Assembly: GCA_964520615.1 (NCBI GenBank)
Contig: CAZFNL010000137.1
Location: 84,898-148,897 of the forward strand
Reading direction: 5' to 3'
DNA: 64,000 nucleotides
Origin: an uncultured Gammaproteobacteria bacterium
GTDB taxonomy: Bacteria > Patescibacteriota > Microgenomatia > 2-02-FULL-39-11
Made by a program: the position numbers and the translations under genes. Below are positions 49,504-58,545 of this stretch, one piece after another (the stretch's first letter is position 1; each line of letters starts with the position of its first letter). The notes beneath the pieces were generated by a model that ran no database searches, was not told the origin of the DNA, and was given only the letters and a program-made list of their open reading frames with translations.

Positions 49504-51192
49504 TCATTCCGATAGCTTTATTCTACACTTATTAGCCTCATTCACCAAATATCCCGACAGTATTCGATAGGGGTCAACATAAGGCAATGCACGAAACCTT
49601 ACAAGGGTCTGGAATGGGAAAGAAAACTCACCAAAAAATGGACTCGTGCTTTTTATACCAAACAGTTTATCTGATCCTGTCATAAGGCCAAAGTATTTTA
49701 CATTTCCGACATCGGCAAAACGCAGTCCCCCCCTGAATTTATGGTAAGAACCGACATAATGGGCAATAACCAATTGTTTTAACCAATTATTCAGCTTTTC
49801 CCCAACGGAATAATTCATACTTGTAGTAAATATTTCTTTACCATCCAGGAAAATATCTTCTTTTTTCAGCTCTAACATATATTTTCTCTCTGAATCTGAT
49901 TGCCCCTCTGTCACCTCAAGTTTTATATCGCTTCCTACACGTTTTGATTTAATGCTGGTGACATGTGAAAGAAGCGTCAGGCTTTTTTTATTTTGAGCTT
50001 CGTCTACACAGGAAGGCATAAATCTTTTCAATACGGTACTTACGTCTCCTGCAGAAATATCGGAAAAAGTGTAACTACTACCATATGTTTTCAGGTCACG
50101 CAGTATAAGTTTATCACCGTCCATGAGGAGTCCCGCACGATAATATGCCGATGTATACCAATAAGCGTGCTGCCGCTTATTTTTGTAATCCGGAGACTCA
50201 ATAAAATATGAATAGTCGGAATTTTTCTGTACTTTATCAAAAATTGAGGCAAAATCACTCATTTTCGAAAATACAATTTGAGTACCGCTCTTATAAGATA
50301 GGAGATATTGTATCTGCAGTTTCAATTCATCGCCGTACTTTGCGCTTTCCATCCCTGTCTCAAGACCTATTGTCAACTGGTTTAAGTCATTATCAGCAAA
50401 TAAATACTGACTGGTCAAATAGCCGAAATAAGAAATATTAAAACCGTGCGATATATAATCATTTGCCTGAACCGAATAAGTGGAATTATTCACTGTTGTA
50501 CCGTATCCCCTAACAGAATCCCTTTGGGCCCACTGCAAAACCACAAGAGGCAGCACTCCACTTCCTGAAGCCGGAGTAAGGGGATTGAGTTTTGAAGGCG
50601 AATAAGGCGTCCCCCAAGGCTGTCCCCAAAGCCCGTATTTATCTGTACTGTATTGGTCGCTACAGTCTAAAAGCGCAGAAATTTTATACTTTTGAGACAT
50701 ATAATTTACGGAAACTGCATCAATATACCAGGCGCCAACCGACTTTGGATAATACCCAAAAACCTGCCTGAATTTTTCAAAAGCAGCATCAATCATCCTT
50801 TCACGCTCAAAAGGGGTATAACCAGACAGAAAAACCTTATCCGGTCTGGCCCAGTCACCCTCTCCAATAAGATACGGCACCTGGCTATCTGTAGCCAGGT
50901 TTTCATCAACCTCAAGAAGTAACCCTACCTCCTGTCCGGAAGGAAGATTTTTGAGAATATCAATAACGCTTTTGTCTTTTAGGTTTCCGTATTGCACAAG
51001 CCATGTACTGTTTACTTTGAGTGAAGCGACCATGCTTGCTTCTTTTACCAAACCTTCCTTATCCTGCCAAAGATACTTATCCCGGACAGGACTTACTAAA
51101 GTCACAAAAACTCGCGGTTGGAAGGCAAAAATTTTTTTGGCGGGAATTGCCAAAAAAACAAGAAGTATAAAAATTGTTAGAAACCTCTTCAC
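49504..51192 (-). CDS. Secreted carbohydrate-active protein (NodB/GH57-like barrel; DUF3863-like)
   Basis: GTG 51192 overlaps the flippase stop (GTGA) and begins a signal peptide KRFLTIFILLVFLAIPAKKIFA. Motifs FGYYPKSVGAWYID and DQ..TD.YGLWG.PW..PY.PS. The ORF-track extension to 51390 overlaps wzx. Confidence 0.6.
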   Translation of the reverse strand: MKRFLTIFILLVFLAIPAKKIFAFQPRVFVTLVSPVRDKYLWQDKEGLVKEASMVASLKVNSTWLVQYGNLKDKSVIDILKNLPSGQEVGLLLEVDENLATDSQVPYLIGEGDWARPDKVFLSGYTPFERERMIDAAFEKFRQVFGYYPKSVGAWYIDAVSVNYMSQKYKISALLDCSDQYSTDKYGLWGQPWGTPYSPSKLNPLTPASGSGVLPLVVLQWAQRDSVRGYGTTVNNSTYSVQANDYISHGFNISYFGYLTSQYLFADNDLNQLTIGLETGMESAKYGDELKLQIQYLLSYKSGTQIVFSKMSDFASIFDKVQKNSDYSYFIESPDYKNKRQHAYWYTSAYYRAGLLMDGDKLILRDLKTYGSSYTFSDISAGDVSTVLKRFMPSCVDEAQNKKSLTLLSHVTSIKSKRVGSDIKLEVTEGQSDSERKYMLELKKEDIFLDGKEIFTTSMNYSVGEKLNNWLKQLVIAHYVGSYHKFRGGLRFADVGNVKYFGLMTGSDKLFGIKSTSPFFGEFSFPFQTLVRFRALPYVDPYRILSGYLVNEANKCRIKLSE

Positions 51193-52637
51193 GGCTTTAA
51201 CTTGAAAGATTTGGGTATATAAGGCAATATCTGGTTTCTCATCCAAAACCAGGTTAACGCTAGATAGACTGATCCCGAAAGTATCATTGCCAAAGCAAAT
51301 GTATATATGCTTGCCGCGTGCTGTATCAATATATATAAAGGTAGAGACATAAGAATTGTGGCTATAAGGGGTTTTTGCATAGGTTCCCACACTTTGAAAA
51401 CTATATAGCGCCTCATTATAACTATCGGAATAAATCCTGTCGATGAAATAAGAAGTGCTGCCAATGCCACACCGCTATAACCTATCTTGAGCGTAAAAAG
51501 TGGCACCAGGGCCCATGTCAGAACTGTCCACATCACCATTAGAACCAGAGTGGTCTTTATTTTACCCAGAGCGTTCAGGGCATTGACAAGGGGACTCGAA
51601 AAAGCGGCAAATATACTGCCGGCAGCAAATAAATAAAAAGCAAAGACTGCCGGTTCCCATTTGGAATATTTGGGAATGATATGTATAAGTGTCTGCATGG
51701 AAAAAACCAGGACGACTGTAGCCGGAAATATAAAAAACGCTAGGAAAAAAATTGTCTTTTCAAGAGCTTTTCCGAGCACTTCCTTATGATTCTGTAGTCT
51801 GGAGTAAGCCGGAAATGTCACCCTGATAACACTGTCAATTATGGCTCTCAGAGCCGATTCGCCCCATTTCTTTGCCCAACCGACATATCCCACTTGAAAC
51901 GCAGGCAAAATACTGCCCAGAAAAAGCGTCATAAGATCATCCTTTATAAGCGCCAGAAAAGAATTTGTCTGAAAAGGTATTCCAAAAGATATTAACTCCT
52001 TTATGGGTTCAAGAGAAAGTCCTATTCCAGGCTTCCAGGGGGAAATATAGTAGATTGCAATAACCCCGACAATCCCCCTGACAATTGCCCCCCAGGCAAA
52101 GCTGGCAATACCAAAATTCATAAAGGCCAAAATCACAGTCACGATATAATAGGCTACCGTCTCAACAATCTGTGATACGGCCAAAAGGGCAAAATCAAGC
52201 TTCCTCTCAAGAAGAAGTGACGGAATTGTCTTTAGTGACGACAGGAAAAAGGAAATAAGAAGCGCATATAAAAGGAACATCCCTTCCGAACTTAACTTAT
52301 AGATATGGGATAAAAGCGGCGACAGGAAAAAAACTATGCCGACAATGGTAATGACCAATAGTTCCTGCAAAGTGAAAACTGATACCAGTTCTTTCCGGCT
52401 GGGCTCCTGCTTTTTCTGTATCAGTGCAGCTGCCAGTCCGACATCGGAAAAATAGGAAAGGAATGAAATCACTGCCGAAACTATAAAAAAGACTCCGAAA
52501 ATCGCCGGCGTCAGAACAATTGTCAGAAGGAAATTTGCCACGAAGGAAAATATGTTCAGAAGAATGTTTCTGGTTGACAGCGCCACCACCCCGCTTATGA
52601 TCTTGCCTTTTATCGTGACAATATCTTCCTCTATCAT
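51189..52637 (-). CDS. wzx: Wzx/PST-family oligosaccharide flippase
   Basis: LTPAIFG, SDVGLAAALIQKK, ERKLDF, VGYVGWA and VTFPAYSRLQ motifs; about 12-14 TMs. Confidence 0.88.
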   Translation of the reverse strand: MIEEDIVTIKGKIISGVVALSTRNILLNIFSFVANFLLTIVLTPAIFGVFFIVSAVISFLSYFSDVGLAAALIQKKQEPSRKELVSVFTLQELLVITIVGIVFFLSPLLSHIYKLSSEGMFLLYALLISFFLSSLKTIPSLLLERKLDFALLAVSQIVETVAYYIVTVILAFMNFGIASFAWGAIVRGIVGVIAIYYISPWKPGIGLSLEPIKELISFGIPFQTNSFLALIKDDLMTLFLGSILPAFQVGYVGWAKKWGESALRAIIDSVIRVTFPAYSRLQNHKEVLGKALEKTIFFLAFFIFPATVVLVFSMQTLIHIIPKYSKWEPAVFAFYLFAAGSIFAAFSSPLVNALNALGKIKTTLVLMVMWTVLTWALVPLFTLKIGYSGVALAALLISSTGFIPIVIMRRYIVFKVWEPMQKPLIATILMSLPLYILIQHAASIYTFALAMILSGSVYLALTWFWMRNQILPYIPKSFKLKP

Positions 52638-52643
52638 TTGCTA

Positions 52644-52649
52644 ATTATA
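52644..52649 (-). promoter_or_regulatory. -10 box of a probably leaderless wzx transcript
   Basis: TATAAT 6 nt upstream of the ATG at 52637. Confidence 0.6.
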
Positions 52650-52739
52650 CTATAAAGAAAGATATAAATATGCGGTTTTATTAGGGATTAACTGATAATT
52701 TTACACCTGTGTATTAGATAATTTTTGAATTTGATAATT

Positions 52740-54116
52740 TCATTTAACGTAATCAGTTTTAATCTTGTTGTTATGGAAGAATGTCTGAAAGCCATCTTGA
52801 TCGTTGAGGGCTAGACGGTTTTCTGAGTTATCCGGAATATTAAATATTAACTTTTTGTAACCGGATAAAACCATTTCCTGCTTTGCTTTCTGCGTCAACT
52901 CGGCGGACAACTTTGCCCTTCGTGGGGCCCAATGAACTTTGTCATTTAGGGATACCGAGACTACGGAAAAAAGAAACCACACCAACATAAATATACCTAA
53001 AGATGCTTGTTGAAGTGCTTTGTTTGTCCATCGGATATAAGAGAATAACCAAACAAAAAAGATTATCAATCCCAAAAGAGATATTGGTAGATAATAAGCA
53101 AACTTGTGTCCGGAAAAAAGGAGTACCGGCAATAGACCGATCGCAAACCATAAAAGGGGAAAAGCTGTATACTTTCCCAGATTGCCTGCGTTTGCCTTTA
53201 CCCTGACAAAGTTTAGTAAACCGATAACGATTAGTGCTAAAAGTGCGATAAAAAGAAAATCGCTTACATATGCATACCAGGGATAATTGACTGTAATAAG
53301 GCGGTTGAAAAAAAGTATCCTGGTCATCTGTTCGGTCAATATTTCCGACCAGTTCAAACTCCAAAAAAGGTAAGTCTTTATGTTGGAGACTATATTCCAA
53401 CCGACTCCAAGATGATAGTTTCCCGAAGTTGGAGGAGAAAAAAGCGTGAAGCGCAAAAGGAAAAGCACTAACCCGGTTACAAAATAGATGAAGGTTGTTA
53501 AAAGCCGCTTTGCTTTATTGAAAAACAGAAGATATAAAAACAGGATAGCAGGTAAGACGACTATAATTTCATTTACCAGGAGTCCTGCGGTAAAAACAAT
53601 AAATGAGAGGGCATAATCGATTAAGTTTTTACTTTTTATATAGAAAAGAAAAAACAGGAAGGATGCGAAAAAAAAAGTTGGGCAAAGAATGAAAGCGTAA
53701 GTCGCAGACCAATACATGGGAATAAAATAGACACTTGAGACTGCATAAAGGAATGAAGCCGCAAGCGCAGTCTTTTTATTCTGCAAAAGCAAGAAAACTA
53801 GAATATAAACTAGGACAATATTCAGCGCGTGAGTAAGGAAAGTAAGGATATGAAACGGGAGTGGATTTATGCCAAAAAGCGTCTGCATAAGAAAAAAGGG
53901 TAACTGCATTCCCAAAGGCCGGTAATAGATAACGTCCTGTCTGGGAATAAAAAATCCGGCAATGTTTGCTATGCTTTTGACCTGACTGATTTTCAAAGAA
54001 AACCAGTCATCCTGAAAATAAAAAGCGCCAAAAGAATTGCGGTATAAAAAGGCGCTTGAGAGAATCGACAGAAGCAGAAAAAGAAGAGTTGTACCACTGA
54101 ATAATTTTTTAGTCAT
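52740..54116 (-). CDS. Polytopic GT-C-type membrane protein (DD...YRPL, TMTC-like N-terminal loop)
   Basis: YFQDDWF...YYRPLG, LFGINPLPFH...HALN and NE motifs; about 11 TMs. Confidence 0.7.
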   Translation of the reverse strand: MTKKLFSGTTLLFLLLSILSSAFLYRNSFGAFYFQDDWFSLKISQVKSIANIAGFFIPRQDVIYYRPLGMQLPFFLMQTLFGINPLPFHILTFLTHALNIVLVYILVFLLLQNKKTALAASFLYAVSSVYFIPMYWSATYAFILCPTFFFASFLFFLFYIKSKNLIDYALSFIVFTAGLLVNEIIVVLPAILFLYLLFFNKAKRLLTTFIYFVTGLVLFLLRFTLFSPPTSGNYHLGVGWNIVSNIKTYLFWSLNWSEILTEQMTRILFFNRLITVNYPWYAYVSDFLFIALLALIVIGLLNFVRVKANAGNLGKYTAFPLLWFAIGLLPVLLFSGHKFAYYLPISLLGLIIFFVWLFSYIRWTNKALQQASLGIFMLVWFLFSVVSVSLNDKVHWAPRRAKLSAELTQKAKQEMVLSGYKKLIFNIPDNSENRLALNDQDGFQTFFHNNKIKTDYVK

Positions 54117-54513
54117 ACCTTTCTACATTTACAGTTTTACCGCCTTTTCCTGAAGAGATACCAAGGGCAATATAGTCTATGTCCTTGTTGCTATTATTAT
54201 CCATACGGTGGACAGTTTTTCTGGGTATAAAAATTGCGTCACCCTGATATAAAATATCCGACAAACTGCCTACTTTAACACAAATATTACGGCCAGACAG
54301 AATGATAAATATCTCATCCATATCCTCATGATAATGGGGAGTAAAACTTTTGCCGGCAAGAAGCCTTGCCCAGTTTACCATCTGTACCCTGCCCTTTATT
54401 TTCTGTTCACCAAAGCTTATCAAAACTTTTTTCAGGACTGAAGGATTTTCGGAGTCTTCATGTCCGGCTGGGATAAACTTCAATTTGTTTCCTCTTATTA
54501 TTTGAGGTTTCAT
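54109..54513 (-). CDS. Cupin domain protein
   Basis: PHYHEDMDEIFIILSG and GDAIFIP..VHRMDN motifs. Confidence 0.88.
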   Translation of the reverse strand: MKPQIIRGNKLKFIPAGHEDSENPSVLKKVLISFGEQKIKGRVQMVNWARLLAGKSFTPHYHEDMDEIFIILSGRNICVKVGSLSDILYQGDAIFIPRKTVHRMDNNSNKDIDYIALGISSGKGGKTVNVERYD

Positions 54514-54523
54514 AAAATTATCT

Positions 54524-54829
54524 TTAATTCCAAACTGACTTTACCAGGTCTACTGTATCAGCATTCCTAAACACTACTCCCTCTTTTCTCAACCGGGCTG
54601 ATTGTGCAACTTTACCCCCGAAAGCATAGCCATTTGCTATTTTTCCGTCACTCCTAACCACCCTGTGGCAGGGTATTTTTTGCGGGTCAGAATTTTGATG
54701 AAGAATTGCCCCAACCAACCTGGGATTTATTTTACCTGCTTTTACCGCAACAGCTTTATAAGTCATCACTTTGCCCTGGGGTATTTTTGCCACAATATTG
54801 TAAACTCTTTTAGTTGTGTCGCTTTTCAT
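54524..54829 (-). CDS. Single-domain O6-methylguanine-DNA methyltransferase (MGMT/Ogt family)
   Basis: IPQGKVMTY..VA, PRLVG and IPCHRVV (active Cys retained) motifs; LRKEG. Confidence 0.88.
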   Translation of the reverse strand: MKSDTTKRVYNIVAKIPQGKVMTYKAVAVKAGKINPRLVGAILHQNSDPQKIPCHRVVRSDGKIANGYAFGGKVAQSARLRKEGVVFRNADTVDLVKSVWN

Positions 54830-54836
54830 AGATATG

Positions 54837-54842
54837 ATTATA
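54837..54842 (-). promoter_or_regulatory. -10 box of a probably leaderless MGMT-cupin transcript
   Basis: TATAAT 7 nt upstream of the ATG at 54829. Confidence 0.6.
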
Positions 54843-54852
54843 CAGGAAAAAG

Positions 54853-55617
54853 TCAGCTTTTTGACCCTGCACCTTTGGAGACGAGTGAAGATTGCGACCT
54901 GAGCCTGAAGTCATAAAAGAGCTTCATATATAAAAGCAGATAACTTTTGGTCATCTTATAAAGCTTGAAATTTGAAACACCTTCAACCCTATTGGTATAA
55001 ACTGTAGGCACCTCCCCCAACCTGAATCCCGAAAGCTGCGCTTTTATGGCAAATTCAGGAGAAATGCCAAAACCCACCGATTCCAGCTCGATTACGTCAA
55101 ACACTTCTTTTTTAAAAGCTCTGAAGGCGTTTGTGATATCGTGCACGGGAACGGCAAAAAGCAACCCAGCCATCCTTGTCCCCCAGGAGCTCAAAAAGGC
55201 TTTTAGAAAATCAAGATTTCCGCGGGAGCCACCTGGCATATAACGGGATCCGAAAACTATATCGTAGCCTTTCTGGATTTTCTTTATCATCTTCCCATAT
55301 GTCTCCACGTCATCAGACCTGTCCCCCATCGTCCATATGATTATTTTCCCTTTTGCGGCTTTTGTGCCTGCAATAAGTGACTTACCCATAGTGTTACCTT
55401 TTTCTTCTTTATCGGATTTCCTATATACAGGATGCACATTCTTGTACTTTTGGGCGGTCTTCCTCAGAATTTCGCCTGTCCCGTCTGTACTTCTATCGTC
55501 AACCGGTATTACCTCAAAATTTAATTTTTCTTTTTTTCCGTAGGAAACTACCCTTTTGATCATGGGAAGACAATTTTTGCTTTCGTTATGAAAGGGAATA
55601 ACAAAGGATATTTTCAT
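54853..55617 (-). CDS. GT2 DPM1-like polyprenol-phosphate sugar synthase
   Basis: IPFHNE, VDDRSTDGT, MGDRSDD, GSRYMPGG, DITNAFRAF and EVPT...R..G.S motifs. Confidence 0.88.
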   Translation of the reverse strand: MKISFVIPFHNESKNCLPMIKRVVSYGKKEKLNFEVIPVDDRSTDGTGEILRKTAQKYKNVHPVYRKSDKEEKGNTMGKSLIAGTKAAKGKIIIWTMGDRSDDVETYGKMIKKIQKGYDIVFGSRYMPGGSRGNLDFLKAFLSSWGTRMAGLLFAVPVHDITNAFRAFKKEVFDVIELESVGFGISPEFAIKAQLSGFRLGEVPTVYTNRVEGVSNFKLYKMTKSYLLLYMKLFYDFRLRSQSSLVSKGAGSKS

Positions 55618-56738
55618 CGCAGGCCACGTTTTTCTAATTCTTTGAGAGCAAAGTCCGTCTTGTCTACGGCTTTTTCATTCCTACCCCAATCAATGAGCTG
55701 GGATATGCCTTCTGTAAAATCCACATTTGTGTTCCAGCCCAATAATTCCTGTATTTTGGCTATGTCGGCATAGCAGTGGCGCACATCAAGCCTACGCACT
55801 TTATAAGTGACATCCGGCTCCAACTCGCTTTTGTGAAGTTTTATTATTATTTCTGCCACCTCTTTTATAGAAATTGGCTTGCCGGACCCGACGTTGAATA
55901 CCTGGTAGTTTGCTTCGTCCTTTTCCAGTGCGGCAATATTGGCAGCGGTCACATCTGACACATGAACAAAATCCCGAGTCTGCATGCCGTCTTCATTTAT
56001 AATAGGCGCCTTCCCGTTTTTTACCCGGCTCATGAAAATTGCCGCCACCCCGTTGTAGGGATTGGAAAGGCTTTGCCTGGGACCGTAGACATTGAAATAC
56101 CTCAAGGCCACGGAGGGTAAACCGTAAGCTTTGCCAAAAGTCAAAACCATCTCTTCCTGCTCCTTTTTCCCTATTGCATATATGGAATTGGAATTCTGTT
56201 TGGCATCCTCATTTGTGGGAGCGGGAAAAACCATCTGTTTACAATTGAGACAATAGATGTTGAAATCTTTTTTTGCCAGCTGTTCTTCGCTTCTTAGTGG
56301 AGGACGAACCAACCCGCATTTAGGACACCGGTATGTACCTTCGCCATAAGAACTCATTGACGCGGCGACAACTATTTTTTTCACCGTATGCTTTTCGTTA
56401 GCCAGTATATCAAGAAGAAGTGCGGTACCAAGGCTATTTACTTTGACATAATGCTCTATCTCATACATACTCTGTCCCACACCAACTGCCGCAGCCAGAT
56501 GCACTACCGCATCCACTCCGGCTATGGCCTTTTTCCAGTCGGCACGTCTTGTAACATCGCCTTTCATAAACTCTGCTTTTTTATTGAAATATTCAGGCAG
56601 TTTACCTGTCGGGTGTATTTGCCTGTAAAGATTGTCCAAAACACGGACTTTATAGCCCTTCCCTATAAGCCCGTCTAAAAGATGTGAACCGATAAACCCA
56701 GCTCCACCCGTTACCAAAATTTTATTAAATTTAAGCAT
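55614..56738 (-). CDS. NAD-dependent NDP-sugar epimerase with a CxxC...CxxC insertion (dTDP-rhamnose 4-epimerase-like group)
   Basis: TGGAGFIG, AVGVGQSMY, CPKC...CLNC, YAIGK and NVYGPRQSLSNPY.GV motifs. Confidence 0.82.
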   Translation of the reverse strand: MLKFNKILVTGGAGFIGSHLLDGLIGKGYKVRVLDNLYRQIHPTGKLPEYFNKKAEFMKGDVTRRADWKKAIAGVDAVVHLAAAVGVGQSMYEIEHYVKVNSLGTALLLDILANEKHTVKKIVVAASMSSYGEGTYRCPKCGLVRPPLRSEEQLAKKDFNIYCLNCKQMVFPAPTNEDAKQNSNSIYAIGKKEQEEMVLTFGKAYGLPSVALRYFNVYGPRQSLSNPYNGVAAIFMSRVKNGKAPIINEDGMQTRDFVHVSDVTAANIAALEKDEANYQVFNVGSGKPISIKEVAEIIIKLHKSELEPDVTYKVRRLDVRHCYADIAKIQELLGWNTNVDFTEGISQLIDWGRNEKAVDKTDFALKELEKRGLR

Positions 56739-56762
56739 AATAAATCCTATCTTTATTATTTA

Positions 56763-57794
56763 TTATCTGAATATTTCAAACAATTTTTTGTTTTTCGTCA
56801 CCCACATATACAGTTTTTCTATACCCTTCTCCACTTTTATTTCCGGCCTCCAGCCCAAATCGCGGCCCACGAACCTGATATCGCTGACATATACTTTCTG
56901 GTCTCCCGGCCGCCAATCTGCAAATGCAGGCGTAAGCGTCTTTCCAAAAAGTCTTTCTAATATCGGCCCAAACTGGCTCCAGACCGACAGTATATTGTCC
57001 TTCCCCCCGCCCACATTATAGATCTTCCCGGCGGCTTTACCCTTTTTGGCTACGGCTGTTTCAAAAAGCCTCACCAGATCATCAATATAAAGCACGTCTC
57101 TTACCTGTTTGCCATCACCATAAATTGTGATTTTCTTCCCCAAAACCGTGGCAATTATAAACCAGGCTATCCATCCCTGGTCCTCTATGCCAAACTGCCT
57201 GGGACCGTATATACATGACTGGCGGAAAACTACTGTCGGAATCCCGTAAATCCTGCCGTAATCGCGTACGTACTGATCTGCCGCACCTTTGGAGCAGCCG
57301 TAAGGCGAGTGGAAATCCAGATTCATCTTTTCGGAGATTCCCTCTGGATAATCCCGGTATGCATACGTATCCTTTTTTTCCTTTATGACCACGTCTTCCA
57401 TCCCACCATATACTTTGTTGGTGGATGTAAAAATGATAAGAGGTTTAGACTTTGTCGACCGTATAGCTTCCAGAAGATTAAAAGTACCAAGTGCATTTAT
57501 GTCAAAATCAGTGCGGGGATCAAGAACTGAGGTGGTTACTGCCACCTGTGCCGCAAGATGGAATATGATATCTTTATCTTTTACCGCTTTTTTCAAATCA
57601 TTATATTTCCGGATATCCCCGGTAACAATATTCACATTGGGATACTCGGATTTCAACCATTTGGCATTCTCACGTGTACCCAATCTTTCAAAATTATCAA
57701 AAATTGTAACATCAAAACCTTTTTTGAGAAATCTGGCTGAAAGGTTTGAACCGATAAAACCCGCACCCCCCGTGATCAATAATTTAGTTTTCAT
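56763..57794 (-). CDS. rfbE: CDP-paratose 2-epimerase (tyvelose epimerase)-like
   Basis: HLAAQVAVTTS..PRTDF, STNKVYG, DFHSPYGCSKGAADQY, DQGWIAWF and RPGDQ motifs. Confidence 0.85.
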   Translation of the reverse strand: MKTKLLITGGAGFIGSNLSARFLKKGFDVTIFDNFERLGTRENAKWLKSEYPNVNIVTGDIRKYNDLKKAVKDKDIIFHLAAQVAVTTSVLDPRTDFDINALGTFNLLEAIRSTKSKPLIIFTSTNKVYGGMEDVVIKEKKDTYAYRDYPEGISEKMNLDFHSPYGCSKGAADQYVRDYGRIYGIPTVVFRQSCIYGPRQFGIEDQGWIAWFIIATVLGKKITIYGDGKQVRDVLYIDDLVRLFETAVAKKGKAAGKIYNVGGGKDNILSVWSQFGPILERLFGKTLTPAFADWRPGDQKVYVSDIRFVGRDLGWRPEIKVEKGIEKLYMWVTKNKKLFEIFR

Positions 57795-57798
57795 ATTA

Positions 57799-58545
57799 TT
57801 AATTCTGCCTATGTTTTAACTTATTCCATGGTCTTGTCAAAAACAATCTCCACAGACCTTCAAGATCACCATACACTGTTTTTAACACCCTGACTGTTGA
57901 ACCAGGATTATCTACCCAAAGAACAGGCTGTTCATATATCCTATATCCCAATTTCTCGCCCATAATCAACATTTCACTATCAAAAAACCAGGCATTATCC
58001 ACTATATGGGGGATAAGTTCTTTCACTGTTTTTCTGGTTACCGCCTTAAAACCACATTGTGCATCGGAAAACTTTGTCTGAAAGAAAAGCTTTATTAGTA
58101 TATTATACCCTCTTGAAAGTACTTCCCGCTTTATAGGCCTGCGCTTTACTTTTGATTGCAAAAGAAGTCTTGATCCAATCGCTATATCGTAACCTTCCAA
58201 CAAAGATCTCACAACCGGCTCAAGATTACGCAAATCGGTTGACAAGTCAACATCCATATACACAGACACGTCGGCGCGGCTCTGCCGCCATACCTTTTTT
58301 ACCGCCCTGCCGCGTCCTTTCTGGTCCAGATGGAAATATCCCACTCTCTTGTATTTTTTTGCCAGCTTTTTCGCAATATCAAGACTTCTGTCGGTCGAGG
58401 CGTTGTCTGCAATAGTAATTTTCCAGTCATAAAGAGTAAGATTTTTTTTGAGAAACGTCTGCAATTTTCTGACATTTATTTCAAGCTCTTCTTCCTCGTT
58501 AAATATCGGTATTACTATCTCTACTGATTTTTTCTTATTGGCCAT
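57799..58545 (-). CDS. GT2 dolichyl/polyprenyl-phosphate glucosyltransferase (ALG5-like)
   Basis: ADNASTD, KGRGRA, YMDVDLSTD, SDAQCGFKA and WFFDSE motifs. Confidence 0.88.
   Translation of the reverse strand: MANKKKSVEIVIPIFNEEEELEINVRKLQTFLKKNLTLYDWKITIADNASTDRSLDIAKKLAKKYKRVGYFHLDQKGRGRAVKKVWRQSRADVSVYMDVDLSTDLRNLEPVVRSLLEGYDIAIGSRLLLQSKVKRRPIKREVLSRGYNILIKLFFQTKFSDAQCGFKAVTRKTVKELIPHIVDNAWFFDSEMLIMGEKLGYRIYEQPVLWVDNPGSTVRVLKTVYGDLEGLWRLFLTRPWNKLKHRQN

Noticed and set aside
51193-51390. Long gene overlaps implied by ORF-track starts (also 38216-38305 and 24293-24382)
   Set aside because: Downstream starts coupled to the neighbour's stop give proper N-termini, so the overlaps are artefacts of longest-ORF calling.
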